Both the position numbers and the translations under genes were made by a program. The notes below the pieces were generated by a model that ran no database searches, was not told the origin of the DNA, and saw nothing but the letters and a program-made list of their open reading frames with translations. Shown here one piece after another: positions 9,289 to 18,258 of a stretch of DNA of 64,000 nucleotides (position 1 is the first letter of the stretch; each line of letters begins with the position of its first letter). Origin of the DNA: Candidatus Eiseniibacteriota bacterium (GTDB lineage: Bacteria > Eisenbacteria > RBG-16-71-46 > CAZEPH01); contig JBGATO010000005.1 in the NCBI GenBank assembly GCA_044229145.1, positions 1-64,000 on the forward strand, read 5' to 3'.

Positions 9289-9375
9289 GCCGGGGTGGCG
9301 AAACTGGCAGACGCGGCGGACTTAAAATCCGCTGGTGTGATGAACACCATGAGGGTTCGATCCCCTCTCCCGGCA
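9289..9375 (+). tRNA. tRNA-Leu (anticodon UAA), CCA not encoded
   Basis: GCCGGGG/TCCCGGC acceptor stem, GCGGA-CT-TAA-AA-TCCGC anticodon arm, long variable arm, GGTTCGATCCC T-arm. TTGCAT-N18-TAATTT upstream. Confidence 0.95.
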
Positions 9376-9427
9376 CACGTCGCGCGCCACAGAATCCCCC
9401 ACCTTCCGCACGTCCCCGCATCTCCGC

Positions 9428-9464
9428 TTGCCAGGAGCGCAGGCTCTTGGTACACATATGTGCA
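9428..9464 (+). promoter_or_regulatory. Leaderless promoter with overlapping palindromic (LexA-like) operator
   Basis: TTGCCA-N17-TACACA-N7-ATG. TACAC-ATAT-GTGCA palindrome at 9451-9464. Confidence 0.55.
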
Positions 9465-10540
9465 TGTCGCGAGATGTGGAACACAACGGGCGAGGCGCCG
9501 CCGTCAGCCCACCGAGCCGCTACCTCAGCGAGACGCGTGAGCCATTCGACGATGGGTGGAATGTGGTGGACGAAGCTCCGCGCCCTCTGGCGACCGAGGT
9601 CACCGAGGAGCAGACGCGCTCGGCGCTCAGTTGGAACGACTCGCCGGACCTCGGCTTCGATCGTTCTGTAAACCCGTATCGTGGCTGCGAGCACGGCTGC
9701 ATGTACTGCTACGCTCGCCCATCGCACGCGCGACTCGGGCTCTCTCCCGGGCTCGACTTCGAATCACGGCTCACCGCGAAGCCCCAATTGGCGGACCGCC
9801 TGCGCGCGGACTTCGCGCGCCCCTCCTACCGCTGCGACGTGCTGGTGATCGGCGCGAACACCGACTGCTACCAGCCGATCGAGCGGCGTTACGGGCTGAC
9901 GCGCGCGGTGCTCGAGGTCGCGGAAGAGTGCGGGCATCCCGTGGCGCTGATCACCAAGTCCGCGCTCGTCCAGCGAGATCTCGACATCTTGGCGCGCCTG
10001 TCGGCGCGGCGGCTGGCGCGCGTGCTGATATCGCTCACCACGTTGGACCGCACGCTCGCCCGGCGCATGGAACCGCGTGCGGCGACGCCGGCGCGTCGCG
10101 TGGAGACCATCGCAGCGTTGCGCGCGGGCGGCGTCGAAGTCGGCGTCTTGTGCGCGCCGATGATCCCGGGCCTCAACGACACCGAGCTCGAGGCGCTCAT
10201 GGCGGCGGCACGTGAGGCCGGCGCATCGACGGCCACCTACACCGTGCTGCGGTTGCCGTACGAGTTGAAGGAGATGGTGGCGGGTTGGCTGGAGTCGCAC
10301 TATCCCGGCCGCGTGGCGCACGTGTTGAGTCTGGTGCGGCAGCTCCGCGACGGCGCGCTCAACGCGGGCGATTTCTCGACGCGCATGACGGGCACGGGGC
10401 CGGTGGCGGAGATCTTGGCGCGGCGATTCGCGGTGGCGCATCGACGGCTGGGATTCGCCGAGCGGCCCGTGGCGCTGGACACGACGCAGTTCCGGCCACC
10501 GCGCCGCCGCGGGCCCCAGATCGAGTTGTTCGCGCCGTAG
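9464..10540 (+). CDS. PA0069/Rv2578c-family radical SAM protein (SplB-like, DNA-repair associated)
   Basis: GRGA...DDGW, NDSPDLGFDRSVNPYRGCEHGCMYCYARPSH (CxxxCxxC), NTDCYQPIER, MEPRA, C-terminal QIELF. Confidence 0.92.
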   Translation: MSRDVEHNGRGAAVSPPSRYLSETREPFDDGWNVVDEAPRPLATEVTEEQTRSALSWNDSPDLGFDRSVNPYRGCEHGCMYCYARPSHARLGLSPGLDFESRLTAKPQLADRLRADFARPSYRCDVLVIGANTDCYQPIERRYGLTRAVLEVAEECGHPVALITKSALVQRDLDILARLSARRLARVLISLTTLDRTLARRMEPRAATPARRVETIAALRAGGVEVGVLCAPMIPGLNDTELEALMAAAREAGASTATYTVLRLPYELKEMVAGWLESHYPGRVAHVLSLVRQLRDGALNAGDFSTRMTGTGPVAEILARRFAVAHRRLGFAERPVALDTTQFRPPRRRGPQIELFAP

Positions 10541-10650
10541 GCGTCCGATGCGGCAGCACGGCGGCGCTGCCGGCGCTGGCCCTTGACCGTGCCGCCATGC
10601 GTCCGGACAATGCGCGGGTTCGCCGTCCCCCCGAGCCGAGGAGCCTGCCG

Positions 10651-11184
10651 ATGTCATCGCCCGTCCCGCCGCCGTCCACGCTTGCCGAAGAGCGCGCGAT
10701 GATCCTCGAAGCCGCCGCGCGCGGTGCCGACGCCGTGCGTGATCCCGGCACGTTGCACAAATTCCTCGATTGGGCTGTCGAGGCGATGAAGCGGAAGTTG
10801 CCGCATTTCTCGTGGACGGGCGTCTATCTGCGCCGGGGCGAGGAACTGGTGCTCGAGTGTTTCCGTGGGAAGCCCTCGCCGCACACCCGGATCCCGCTCG
10901 GCAAGGGTATCTGCGGCGCGGCGGTCACCGAGGAGCAGACGATCGTGGTGCCGGACGTCACTGCCGACGACCGCTACCTCGCGTGCAGCCTCGAGACACG
11001 CTCCGAGATCGTGGTGCCGATCCGTGCGGGTGGCGTGGTGATCGGCGAGATCGACATCGACAGCGATCGGCCGGACGCGTTTGGCGACGACGACCGGAAA
11101 TTTCTCGAAATGCTGGCGCTCGACCTCGGGCGGGCGATCGAGCGGGCTGGCAATCTTCCGCCCGATCCGCAGACGTTGAACTGA
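10651..11184 (+). CDS. msrC: GAF-domain protein, free methionine-(R)-sulfoxide reductase-like
   Basis: FSWTGVYL, RIPLGKGICGAA, VPDV...YLACSLETRSEIVVPI, GEIDIDS..AF...D..FLE. GAGGAG SD. Confidence 0.8.
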   Translation: MSSPVPPPSTLAEERAMILEAAARGADAVRDPGTLHKFLDWAVEAMKRKLPHFSWTGVYLRRGEELVLECFRGKPSPHTRIPLGKGICGAAVTEEQTIVVPDVTADDRYLACSLETRSEIVVPIRAGGVVIGEIDIDSDRPDAFGDDDRKFLEMLALDLGRAIERAGNLPPDPQTLN

Positions 11185-11269
11185 CGTGAACGCAATATCC
11201 TATCGCGTTATCCAATAGCGCTTTAAAGCATACTCGTACGCCTCCTCTCTACGGTCGACTTTGGTCTGC

Positions 11270-11337
11270 TTGACATGTAAGGCTCTACTAATTAGCGTAT
11301 CCTAACATGTTAGGGCTGCCTACTTAGGCATGGCTCA
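11270..11337 (+). promoter_or_regulatory. Sigma70 promoter overlapped by four DtxR/MntR-like 14-bp boxes
   Basis: TTGACA(11270)-N17-TAGCGT(11293). Boxes TAAGG-CTCT-ACTAA, TTAGC-GTAT-CCTAA, TTAGG-GCTG-CCTAC, TTAGG-CATG-GCTCA. Confidence 0.75.
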
Positions 11338-11382
11338 CAATACGCGGTGCGCAGGCTGCGCCCGACTATTCGGAGGTGTTCG

Positions 11383-12588
11383 ATGCGACTCAACACGCCC
11401 CTCTTCCCATTCGCGGTGGCCACCGCGACGCTTGGCTGCGGACTCGACGCAGCTCCCCTTCCTGCCACCGCTGCTGCAGCCACTGCGGCGGTCGAAGGAG
11501 ATGCGGCTCCCAGTTCGCGCGCGGTTCTCGGAGGTTACGGGGAGCTACACCTTTCTTTCGGCGACAACGTGCGTTCGGCGGCGCTCGACCGCATCGTGCT
11601 CTTTGCCGGTGGCGACGTCGGCAACGGCCTGCGCGTGGAAACCGAGACTGAGGTCGAGGACGGCCACGAGGTGGAAATCGAACAGGCCTACCTCGAGTGG
11701 CAAGCCGCCGAGCGCGTCCAGGCCCAGGGCGGCCTCGTGCTCCTCCCCATCTCCCGCCTCAACGCCAGCCACGAACCACCCACGTATCTCACCGTGGAAC
11801 GCCCCGGCGTCGACACCGCCGTCCTGCCCAGCACCTGGCGCGAGGTCGGTGCGCGAATCGCCTGGCGCGCCGCGGACGCGTGGAGTTTCGATGCCGCGCT
11901 CGTCAATGGACTCGACGCGCACGGCTTCCGTGCGGAGGACGGTTTCCGGGGCGGCCGACAGAACGGCACCGGCGTGGAAGTCGAGGAGATCATCACCACC
12001 AGCGAGGCCCGCGCGACGTCGGAGAGCGAAGAGGAAGCCGCGGGCGTGCAATTCCGCGACCTCGGCGCCGCCCTGCGCGCGGCCTGGACACCGCTGCTCG
12101 GCACCTCGGTCGCGATTTCCGGCTACACCAGCAAAGCGGGGCAAGGCGACGTGCGGCTCGCTGATGTCCGCGCCAGCCTGCTCAGCGGCGACATCGACGT
12201 GCAACGTGCCGGCTGGTCCGTGCGCGCCACCGCGGGAGCCGGCTTCCTGCGCGACGCCGAAGCGGTGCGCACCGTGACCCTCGAGGACGTCGGCTCGCGA
12301 TTCCACGGCGAGGCGCTGGAGGTCGGCTACGACATCCTGCGTGGCCGACGGAGCACCGCTGCGGCACGGCTCATCCCGTACGTGCGCTGGGAGCATCTCG
12401 ACCCGCGCAGCGCGGTGCCGGCGGGCACTCCGGCGTTGCCGTCGCTCGCCACCACGACGTGGACCGCGGGCGTCAGCTTCCTGCCGTCGCGGCAAGTCGC
12501 CCTCAAGGGCGCCGTGATGCGCACCCACGACACCGCCAGTGACACCGACGAGACCACCGCTGCGCTCGGCCTCGGCTGGATGTTCTAG
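11383..12588 (+). CDS. Outer-membrane beta-barrel porin (Porin O/P-like, probable metal uptake)
   Basis: GGAGGT SD. GGYGELH, EIEQAYLEW, LNASHEPPTYLTVERP, LPSTWREVG. C-terminal LGLGWMF beta-signal. Confidence 0.8.
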   Translation: MRLNTPLFPFAVATATLGCGLDAAPLPATAAAATAAVEGDAAPSSRAVLGGYGELHLSFGDNVRSAALDRIVLFAGGDVGNGLRVETETEVEDGHEVEIEQAYLEWQAAERVQAQGGLVLLPISRLNASHEPPTYLTVERPGVDTAVLPSTWREVGARIAWRAADAWSFDAALVNGLDAHGFRAEDGFRGGRQNGTGVEVEEIITTSEARATSESEEEAAGVQFRDLGAALRAAWTPLLGTSVAISGYTSKAGQGDVRLADVRASLLSGDIDVQRAGWSVRATAGAGFLRDAEAVRTVTLEDVGSRFHGEALEVGYDILRGRRSTAAARLIPYVRWEHLDPRSAVPAGTPALPSLATTTWTAGVSFLPSRQVALKGAVMRTHDTASDTDETTAALGLGWMF

Positions 12589-12694
12589 CGCGCCACGCCG
12601 GGAGCCTCGCCACCCATGCGAATCCGCCGCCCGCCGCGCCGTGGGAGTGCGCGTGCGGACGGCGGATCGCAAGGACGATGCGCCGGGCTCTGTG

Positions 12695-14101
12695 CTAGCT
12701 CGTCTTCACCGCCTCCACCAACTTGTTGACCGCGGCCTTCGCGTCGCCGAACAGCATGTACGTCTTCGGGTCGGTGTAGAGCGCGTTGTCCACACCCGCG
12801 AATCCCGGCTTGAGCGAGCGCTTGATGACGATCGTGTGCGCCGCCTTGTCGACATCGAGGATCGGCATGCCGTAGATCGGGCTGCCGCGATCGGTGCGCG
12901 CCGCCGGATTCACGACGTCGTTGGCACCGATCACCAGCGCGACGTCGGTCGACGGGAAGCGCCCGTTGATCTGGTCGAGGTCGAACAGTTGGTCGTAGGG
13001 CACATTCGCTTCGGCGAGCAGCACGTTCATGTGGCCCGGCATGCGACCGGCCACCGGGTGCACCGCGTACGCCACCTCGACGCCCTTCGACGACAACAGG
13101 TCGGCCAGCTCGCGCACCGCGTGCTGCGCCTGCGCCACCGCCATGCCGTAGCCCGGCACGATGATGAGCGATTGGATCGACGTCATGAGCACCGCGGCGT
13201 CGTCGGCGCTGATCTCGCGCACCGACGCGCCACCAGCGGCCGCGGGGCCCGCGGTCGCGGTGTCGCCGCTGCCGACACCGGCCAGCAGCACGTTCGCCAG
13301 CGAACGGTTCATCGACTGACACATGAGCATGGTGAGCAGCGTGCCCGACGCGCCGACCAGCGTGCCGCTGATGATGAGCGCGTTGTTGCCCAGCACGAAA
13401 CCGGTCGCGGCCGCCGCCAACCCGGTGCACGAGTTGAGGAGCGAAATTACCACCGGCATGTCGGCGCCACCGATCGCCATCACCCACGCGATGCCGACCA
13501 GCACTGCACCCGCGAGCGTCACCCAGAACACCGGTAGCCCGCCCATGATCGCGGTGGCCACCGCGGCGCCGAGCGTGATCGCGAGCATCAGCCCGTTCAT
13601 CACCTTGACGCCGGCGCCGGCGAGCGCCTTCTCACTGATCAGGCCCTGCAGCTTGCCGAACGCGACCGCCGAACCGCTGCACGAGATCGACCCGGCGACC
13701 ACCCCGAAGAGCGTGGAGCCGAGTTCGATGCCGGCGAGCGGCGTGCCGCTGTGCGCGGCGCGCCAATACTCGGCCACCGAGACGATCGACGCGGCGCCGC
13801 CGCCGAGCCCGTTGAGCAGCGCGACCATCTGCGGCATGTCGGTCATCGCCACGCGCCGCGCGGCGACCGCGCCGACCACGCAGCCGGCGACCAGCGTGAC
13901 GAGGATGATGAGGCGGTGCGACAGGCCCGGCATCGCCAATGTCGCGCCCACCGCGATCACCATGCCGATCGCCGCGATCTGGTTGCCCGAACGCGCGGTG
14001 GCCGGCGAACTGAGACGCTTGAGTCCGAGAATGAAGGCAATCGACGCCACCAAGTACGCGAGGTGGACGACGAGCGGAAGCGGCGTGCTCTCGTTCATCA
14101 T
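12695..14101 (-). CDS. pntB: NAD(P) transhydrogenase beta subunit
   Basis: MTDMPQMVALLNGLGG, IGGADMPVVISLLNS, VPGYGMAVAQAQH, HPVAGRMPGHMNVLLAEA, GANDVVNP, YGMPILDV. Confidence 0.97.
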   Translation of the reverse strand: MMNESTPLPLVVHLAYLVASIAFILGLKRLSSPATARSGNQIAAIGMVIAVGATLAMPGLSHRLIILVTLVAGCVVGAVAARRVAMTDMPQMVALLNGLGGGAASIVSVAEYWRAAHSGTPLAGIELGSTLFGVVAGSISCSGSAVAFGKLQGLISEKALAGAGVKVMNGLMLAITLGAAVATAIMGGLPVFWVTLAGAVLVGIAWVMAIGGADMPVVISLLNSCTGLAAAATGFVLGNNALIISGTLVGASGTLLTMLMCQSMNRSLANVLLAGVGSGDTATAGPAAAGGASVREISADDAAVLMTSIQSLIIVPGYGMAVAQAQHAVRELADLLSSKGVEVAYAVHPVAGRMPGHMNVLLAEANVPYDQLFDLDQINGRFPSTDVALVIGANDVVNPAARTDRGSPIYGMPILDVDKAAHTIVIKRSLKPGFAGVDNALYTDPKTYMLFGDAKAAVNKLVEAVKTS

Positions 14102-14412
14102 GCCTCCTTGGCAGGCGCGGCCTTGGCGGCCGGCTTCTTCTTGAACATGTCGAGCATGCGGTCGGTGACGACGAAACCGCCGGCGAGGTTCATGGCGCCG
14201 AACACCACGCCCACCGCGCCGAGCAGCGTGGTGAGCGGCGACGTCGAGCTGCCGAGCACCAAGATGCCACCGACCACGACGATGCCGTGGATCGCGTTGC
14301 TGCCCGACATCAGAGGCGTGTGCAACACCACCGGCACCTTCGAGATCACTTCGAACCCGACGAACACGGCGAGCATGAAGACGTAGATCTCGCCCATCGG
14401 CAGATGACTCAT
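14098..14412 (-). CDS. pntAb: NAD(P) transhydrogenase alpha subunit part 2 (membrane)
   Basis: VISKVPVVLHTPLMSGSNAIHGI...GGFVVTDRMLDMFKK. ATGA overlaps on both sides. Confidence 0.95.
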   Translation of the reverse strand: MSHLPMGEIYVFMLAVFVGFEVISKVPVVLHTPLMSGSNAIHGIVVVGGILVLGSSTSPLTTLLGAVGVVFGAMNLAGGFVVTDRMLDMFKKKPAAKAAPAKEA

Positions 14413-15566
14413 GCGGCACCTCCCACCGGCTGCGCGGACGCCGACAGCCACGGCGCGTTCGGCGACACCAGCACGGTCTCGCGCACGATCTCGTCGTCGC
14501 CGTCCATCTTGAGCGCGCCCTCGGGCGCCAGGTGCTTCACCAACGCGACGAGGTTGCGCGAGTACATCATGCTCGCGTGCCCCGGCACGCTGGCCGGCAA
14601 GTTGACCGGGCCGAGCAACGTCACGCCGTGGCGCGACACCGTCTCGCCCTTCACCGTCAGCGCGCAGTTGCCGCCGGCCTCCGCCGCCATGTCGACGATC
14701 ACCGCCTGGGCCTTCATCAGCTTCACCATGTCCTCGGTGATGAGCAGCGGCGCCGGGCGTCCGGGAATGAGCGCGGTGGTGATGACGACGTCGACGTTCG
14801 GCAAGCTGGAGGCGATGACGGCGCGCTCCTTCTCCTCGTGATCGGCGGAGAGCGCGGTCGCGTAGCCCCCGCTGTCCGCGGCCGCCGCGCTGACCAAGTC
14901 CGGCGCCAAGAACTTCGCGCCCAGACTCTCCACCTCCTCGCGCACCGCCGGCCGCACGTCGAACGCTTCCACGACGGCGCCGAGACGCCGTGCGGTGGCG
15001 ATCGCTTGCAGACCCGCCACGCCGGCCCCGAGCACGAGCACGCGCGACGGCGCGAGCGTGCCGGCGGCGGTCATCATGAGCGGGAACATCTTCGGCGCGT
15101 GCGCGGCGGCGAGCAGCACCGCCTTGTAGCCGGCGACGGTGCTCATCGAGGACAGCGCGTCCATCGACTGCGCCCGCGAGATGCGCGGCAGCCGCTCGAT
15201 GGCGAACGCGGTGATACCGCGGGCCAGCAGTTGCTGCGCGATCTCCGACGCACGATCGCGGCCGAGGAAGCCGAGCATCGCGCTGCCGCTCGGCATCAGG
15301 TCGATTTCGTGCGCGCCGAGGGTCGGGTGCATGTGAGGGGGCGCGACGCGGAGCGTGAGTCCCGCTCCGGCGCATGTCTCGCGGGCGTCGGCGGCAATCC
15401 GCGCGCCGGCGGCCACGTAGGCCTCATCCGTGTAGCCTGCCGCCAGCCCCGCATCGTGTTCGACGACGATGTCGTGGCCGGCAGCCTTCAGTCGCGCTGC
15501 GCCGTCTGGCACGAGGGCGACTCGGGTCTCTCCCGTGACTGTTTCGCGTGGTACCGCTATCTGCAT
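14409..15566 (-). CDS. pntAa: NAD(P) transhydrogenase alpha subunit part 1 (NAD-binding)
   Basis: ETRVALVP, PRISRAQSMDALSSM, FPLMMTAAGT, GAGVAGLQAI, TTALIPGRPAP, GGNC. GGGAGG SD. Confidence 0.96.
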   Translation of the reverse strand: MQIAVPRETVTGETRVALVPDGAARLKAAGHDIVVEHDAGLAAGYTDEAYVAAGARIAADARETCAGAGLTLRVAPPHMHPTLGAHEIDLMPSGSAMLGFLGRDRASEIAQQLLARGITAFAIERLPRISRAQSMDALSSMSTVAGYKAVLLAAAHAPKMFPLMMTAAGTLAPSRVLVLGAGVAGLQAIATARRLGAVVEAFDVRPAVREEVESLGAKFLAPDLVSAAAADSGGYATALSADHEEKERAVIASSLPNVDVVITTALIPGRPAPLLITEDMVKLMKAQAVIVDMAAEAGGNCALTVKGETVSRHGVTLLGPVNLPASVPGHASMMYSRNLVALVKHLAPEGALKMDGDDEIVRETVLVSPNAPWLSASAQPVGGAA

Positions 15567-15771
15567 GGCGTTCCTCCCGCAGAGGTCGGTGAGGCGCCCA
15601 TCGTGCCTGCCCGGGTGAGGAAAACGCAACGTCCAGTCGTGGCGACGAAGGTGGCAGTAGGCGACCGTTGCGGGTCCACGGTAGACTTACGTCGCTCCCG
15701 CTCCCCGCGGGTTCCGGCGCACGGCCTCGGCGCGCCGGACGATCGCGTGTCACGCACGCTGGAGGTCCTCT

Positions 15772-17787
15772 GTGTTTCGTCGCCCCCTGGTCGCACTCTG
15801 CCTCGTGGCAGCGTTCACCGCCCCCTGCCTCGCCGCGCGGCCGGCCCCGCCGCCGCTCTGGCCGGAGCGCCCCCACCACGCCGGCGACGGCGAGAACGCT
15901 GTACCCTGGTGGCAAGCGCTGGCTCCCGCGAAGGGGCCCACCACCGGCGCCTACGACGGCCTCTTCCCCTTCGTCGATATGCCGCCGGACACCGGGATCT
16001 ACTCCGAAATCTCCGCCGCCGTCGATCCGTCGACAGGACAGCACATGGTGGCGGGCACCAATGCCTTCGTCGCGCGCGGCAATGCCTGGTACACGTCGAA
16101 CGACTTCGGACGGACGTGGAGCTTCGGCTATCTGCCACTCACCGTGAACGGCACCAACTACGAATGGGGCGCCGATCCCGCGGTGGCGTGCGATCGCCAA
16201 GGACGTTTCTACTACGCCTACCTTGCCTACAACACGACGAAGGCCGGCACCGCGGTGACCGTCGCGCACAGCGACGATCACGGGCACACCTGGATTCCGG
16301 TGGCGGCCGTGCAGTCGCCCTCGCCCAATGGCTACGCGGACGACAAGGAGTTCGTCACCGTCGACAACACCGATTCGCCGTACGCCGGCACCGTGTACCT
16401 GGCGTGGGATCGCGTGGTGACGAATCCGCTGCGCTATGTCGCGGTGGTGTCGCGTTCGCAGGATCACGGAGCGACGTGGTCCACGCCGGCGGTGCTCGAC
16501 GCACGCGGCAGCAAGCAATTGATCGGTTGTTATCCTGCGGTCGGACCGCACGGCGAAGTCGTCATTACGTGGCATGCGTACGATCGCGACGAAGTCCAAT
16601 GTGTGCGGTCGCTCGACGGCGGGGCGACGTGGTCGGCGGCGAGCGTGTGCGCGGTGACGCATTGCGGCTACGGCCACTATCTCGACAACTACCCGGCGCG
16701 CGCGATCGGGCCGTCGCAGGCCACCGACATCGACCGGTCCGCTGGCGGCCATCGCGGCCGCGTCTACACGGTGTTCGTCGATTCGCAGGGACTCGCCGAC
16801 TTCGATGTGTTCGTGACGTGGTCGGACGACGCGGGCGCAACGTGGTCGACACCAGTCAAGGTCTACGCCGACAGCGCACACAGCGATCAGTTTCTGCCCG
16901 CCTGCGCGGTGAATGACCGCGATGGTGCGGTGACGGTCGGCTGGTACGACCGGCGCAACACCGGCAATACGTGGGCGGACTACTACATCGCGCGGTCGCT
17001 CGACGGCGGTGCGACGTGGGAGGAACAGCGCGTCACGCAGGCGCCGCTCAATCCCTGGCTGTGCGTCGACGGATTCGGCGATTACACGTGGTTGTCGACC
17101 AGCGCGGTCACCGGCCGCACCACGCCCTGGTGGAGCGACACCGCCGATGCAGTGCACATGAATGCCGCCACCGCGCTCGCGGACGCCCCCCTGCTCGGGA
17201 TCGCGGGACCGGATTCCGCGTCGACGGTGACTGCAGGTGTGCCACTCCCGGTGACATGGAGCCTGTCCGATAGCGCCGGCGTGGATTCGCTCGCACTGCT
17301 GCTCAGCACCGATGCCGGGCGCACCTTCGCGTGGCAGGCGACCTTTGCCGCGACGGCGCCGCGCGGACGCGGCGCGATGGTGGGCAGCGGCACGCTGTTG
17401 TGGACGCCGCCGCTCGTCGCCGCGGACTCGTGCGTGCTCGCGCTCGAGGCGCGTAACGTACTCGGCGTGCGCTCGCGGCTCGCGACCCGCGGAACGTTTG
17501 CGCTCGCGGTGGCGGTTCCCGCCGGCGACCCCGGCGGCGCACGTTTGTGGCGCGTGGACGCGCGCGCGGACGGCGCTGGCGTGACGTGCGCCCTGCGCGG
17601 CGCGGCGGCGACCACACGCGTCCGCTACGCGCTGCTGCGCGCCGACGGCCGCCTGCTGGCGCGCGGCGACCTGCGCGGCGATGCGACGTGGCGCATCGCC
17701 GCACCGGCCGCCGGTCTCTACTTCGTCCGGGCCACCGCGGACGGCGCTCCCCCGCTCACCACCCGCGTGGTACGCTGCGGTCGCTGA
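15772..17787 (+). CDS. Secreted Asp-box (BNR) beta-propeller, sialidase-like, with degenerate T9SS/FlgD-like C-terminal domain
   Basis: Signal peptide. Six to seven SxDxGxTW repeats (SNDFGRTW, SDDHGHTW, SQDHGATW, SLDGGATW twice, SDDAGATW). DKE and FGDY motifs. C-terminal DGRLL...AGLYFVR. Confidence 0.8.
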   Translation: MFRRPLVALCLVAAFTAPCLAARPAPPPLWPERPHHAGDGENAVPWWQALAPAKGPTTGAYDGLFPFVDMPPDTGIYSEISAAVDPSTGQHMVAGTNAFVARGNAWYTSNDFGRTWSFGYLPLTVNGTNYEWGADPAVACDRQGRFYYAYLAYNTTKAGTAVTVAHSDDHGHTWIPVAAVQSPSPNGYADDKEFVTVDNTDSPYAGTVYLAWDRVVTNPLRYVAVVSRSQDHGATWSTPAVLDARGSKQLIGCYPAVGPHGEVVITWHAYDRDEVQCVRSLDGGATWSAASVCAVTHCGYGHYLDNYPARAIGPSQATDIDRSAGGHRGRVYTVFVDSQGLADFDVFVTWSDDAGATWSTPVKVYADSAHSDQFLPACAVNDRDGAVTVGWYDRRNTGNTWADYYIARSLDGGATWEEQRVTQAPLNPWLCVDGFGDYTWLSTSAVTGRTTPWWSDTADAVHMNAATALADAPLLGIAGPDSASTVTAGVPLPVTWSLSDSAGVDSLALLLSTDAGRTFAWQATFAATAPRGRGAMVGSGTLLWTPPLVAADSCVLALEARNVLGVRSRLATRGTFALAVAVPAGDPGGARLWRVDARADGAGVTCALRGAAATTRVRYALLRADGRLLARGDLRGDATWRIAAPAAGLYFVRATADGAPPLTTRVVRCGR

Positions 17788-17810
17788 CCCACACCGGAGA
17801 CCGACGTCCC

Positions 17811-18194
17811 ATGCGCATCCTGCACACGTCCATCACCACGCTCGACATGGACCGCGCCCTCGCCTTCTACACGGAGGTCATGGGCTTGCGCTTCGTCAAG
17901 CGCCGTGCGATCCCCGAGAACGATGCCGAGATCGCCTTCGTCGAAGATCCCGACTCCGGCGCGCAAATCGAACTCACCTGGTGGCGGGGCAAGACCGAAC
18001 TCGCCGAGGGCGATCAACTCGATCACATCGCCTTTGCGGTGGACGACATGGACGCCGCGATGGCGCGCTTCCGCGCACAGGGCGTGACCATCGCCAAGGA
18101 ACCGTACGGATTGTCGGGCGGCTCCAGCCGCATCGCCTTCATCACCGACCCGGACGGCATTTGGCTCGAGATCATCGAGAAGGGCGCGGCCTAG
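17811..18194 (+). CDS. VOC/glyoxalase family protein (lactoylglutathione lyase-like)
   Basis: MRILHTSI...FYTEVMGL...IELTW...DHIAFAVDD...AFITDPDGIWLEII. Confidence 0.88.
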   Translation: MRILHTSITTLDMDRALAFYTEVMGLRFVKRRAIPENDAEIAFVEDPDSGAQIELTWWRGKTELAEGDQLDHIAFAVDDMDAAMARFRAQGVTIAKEPYGLSGGSSRIAFITDPDGIWLEIIEKGAA

Positions 18195-18258
18195 ACGCGG
18201 CAACGGCCGCCGGCGAGGACCGGCGGCCGTGCGTGCGGCGTCTCGTCGCGCGCCGAGT

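Noticed and set aside
1619..12630. 14-mer TGCGAATCCGCCGC in two intergenic regions (1619 and 12617)
   Set aside because: Only two copies with unrelated flanks. This is compatible with chance in GC-rich DNA and insufficient to call a REP element.
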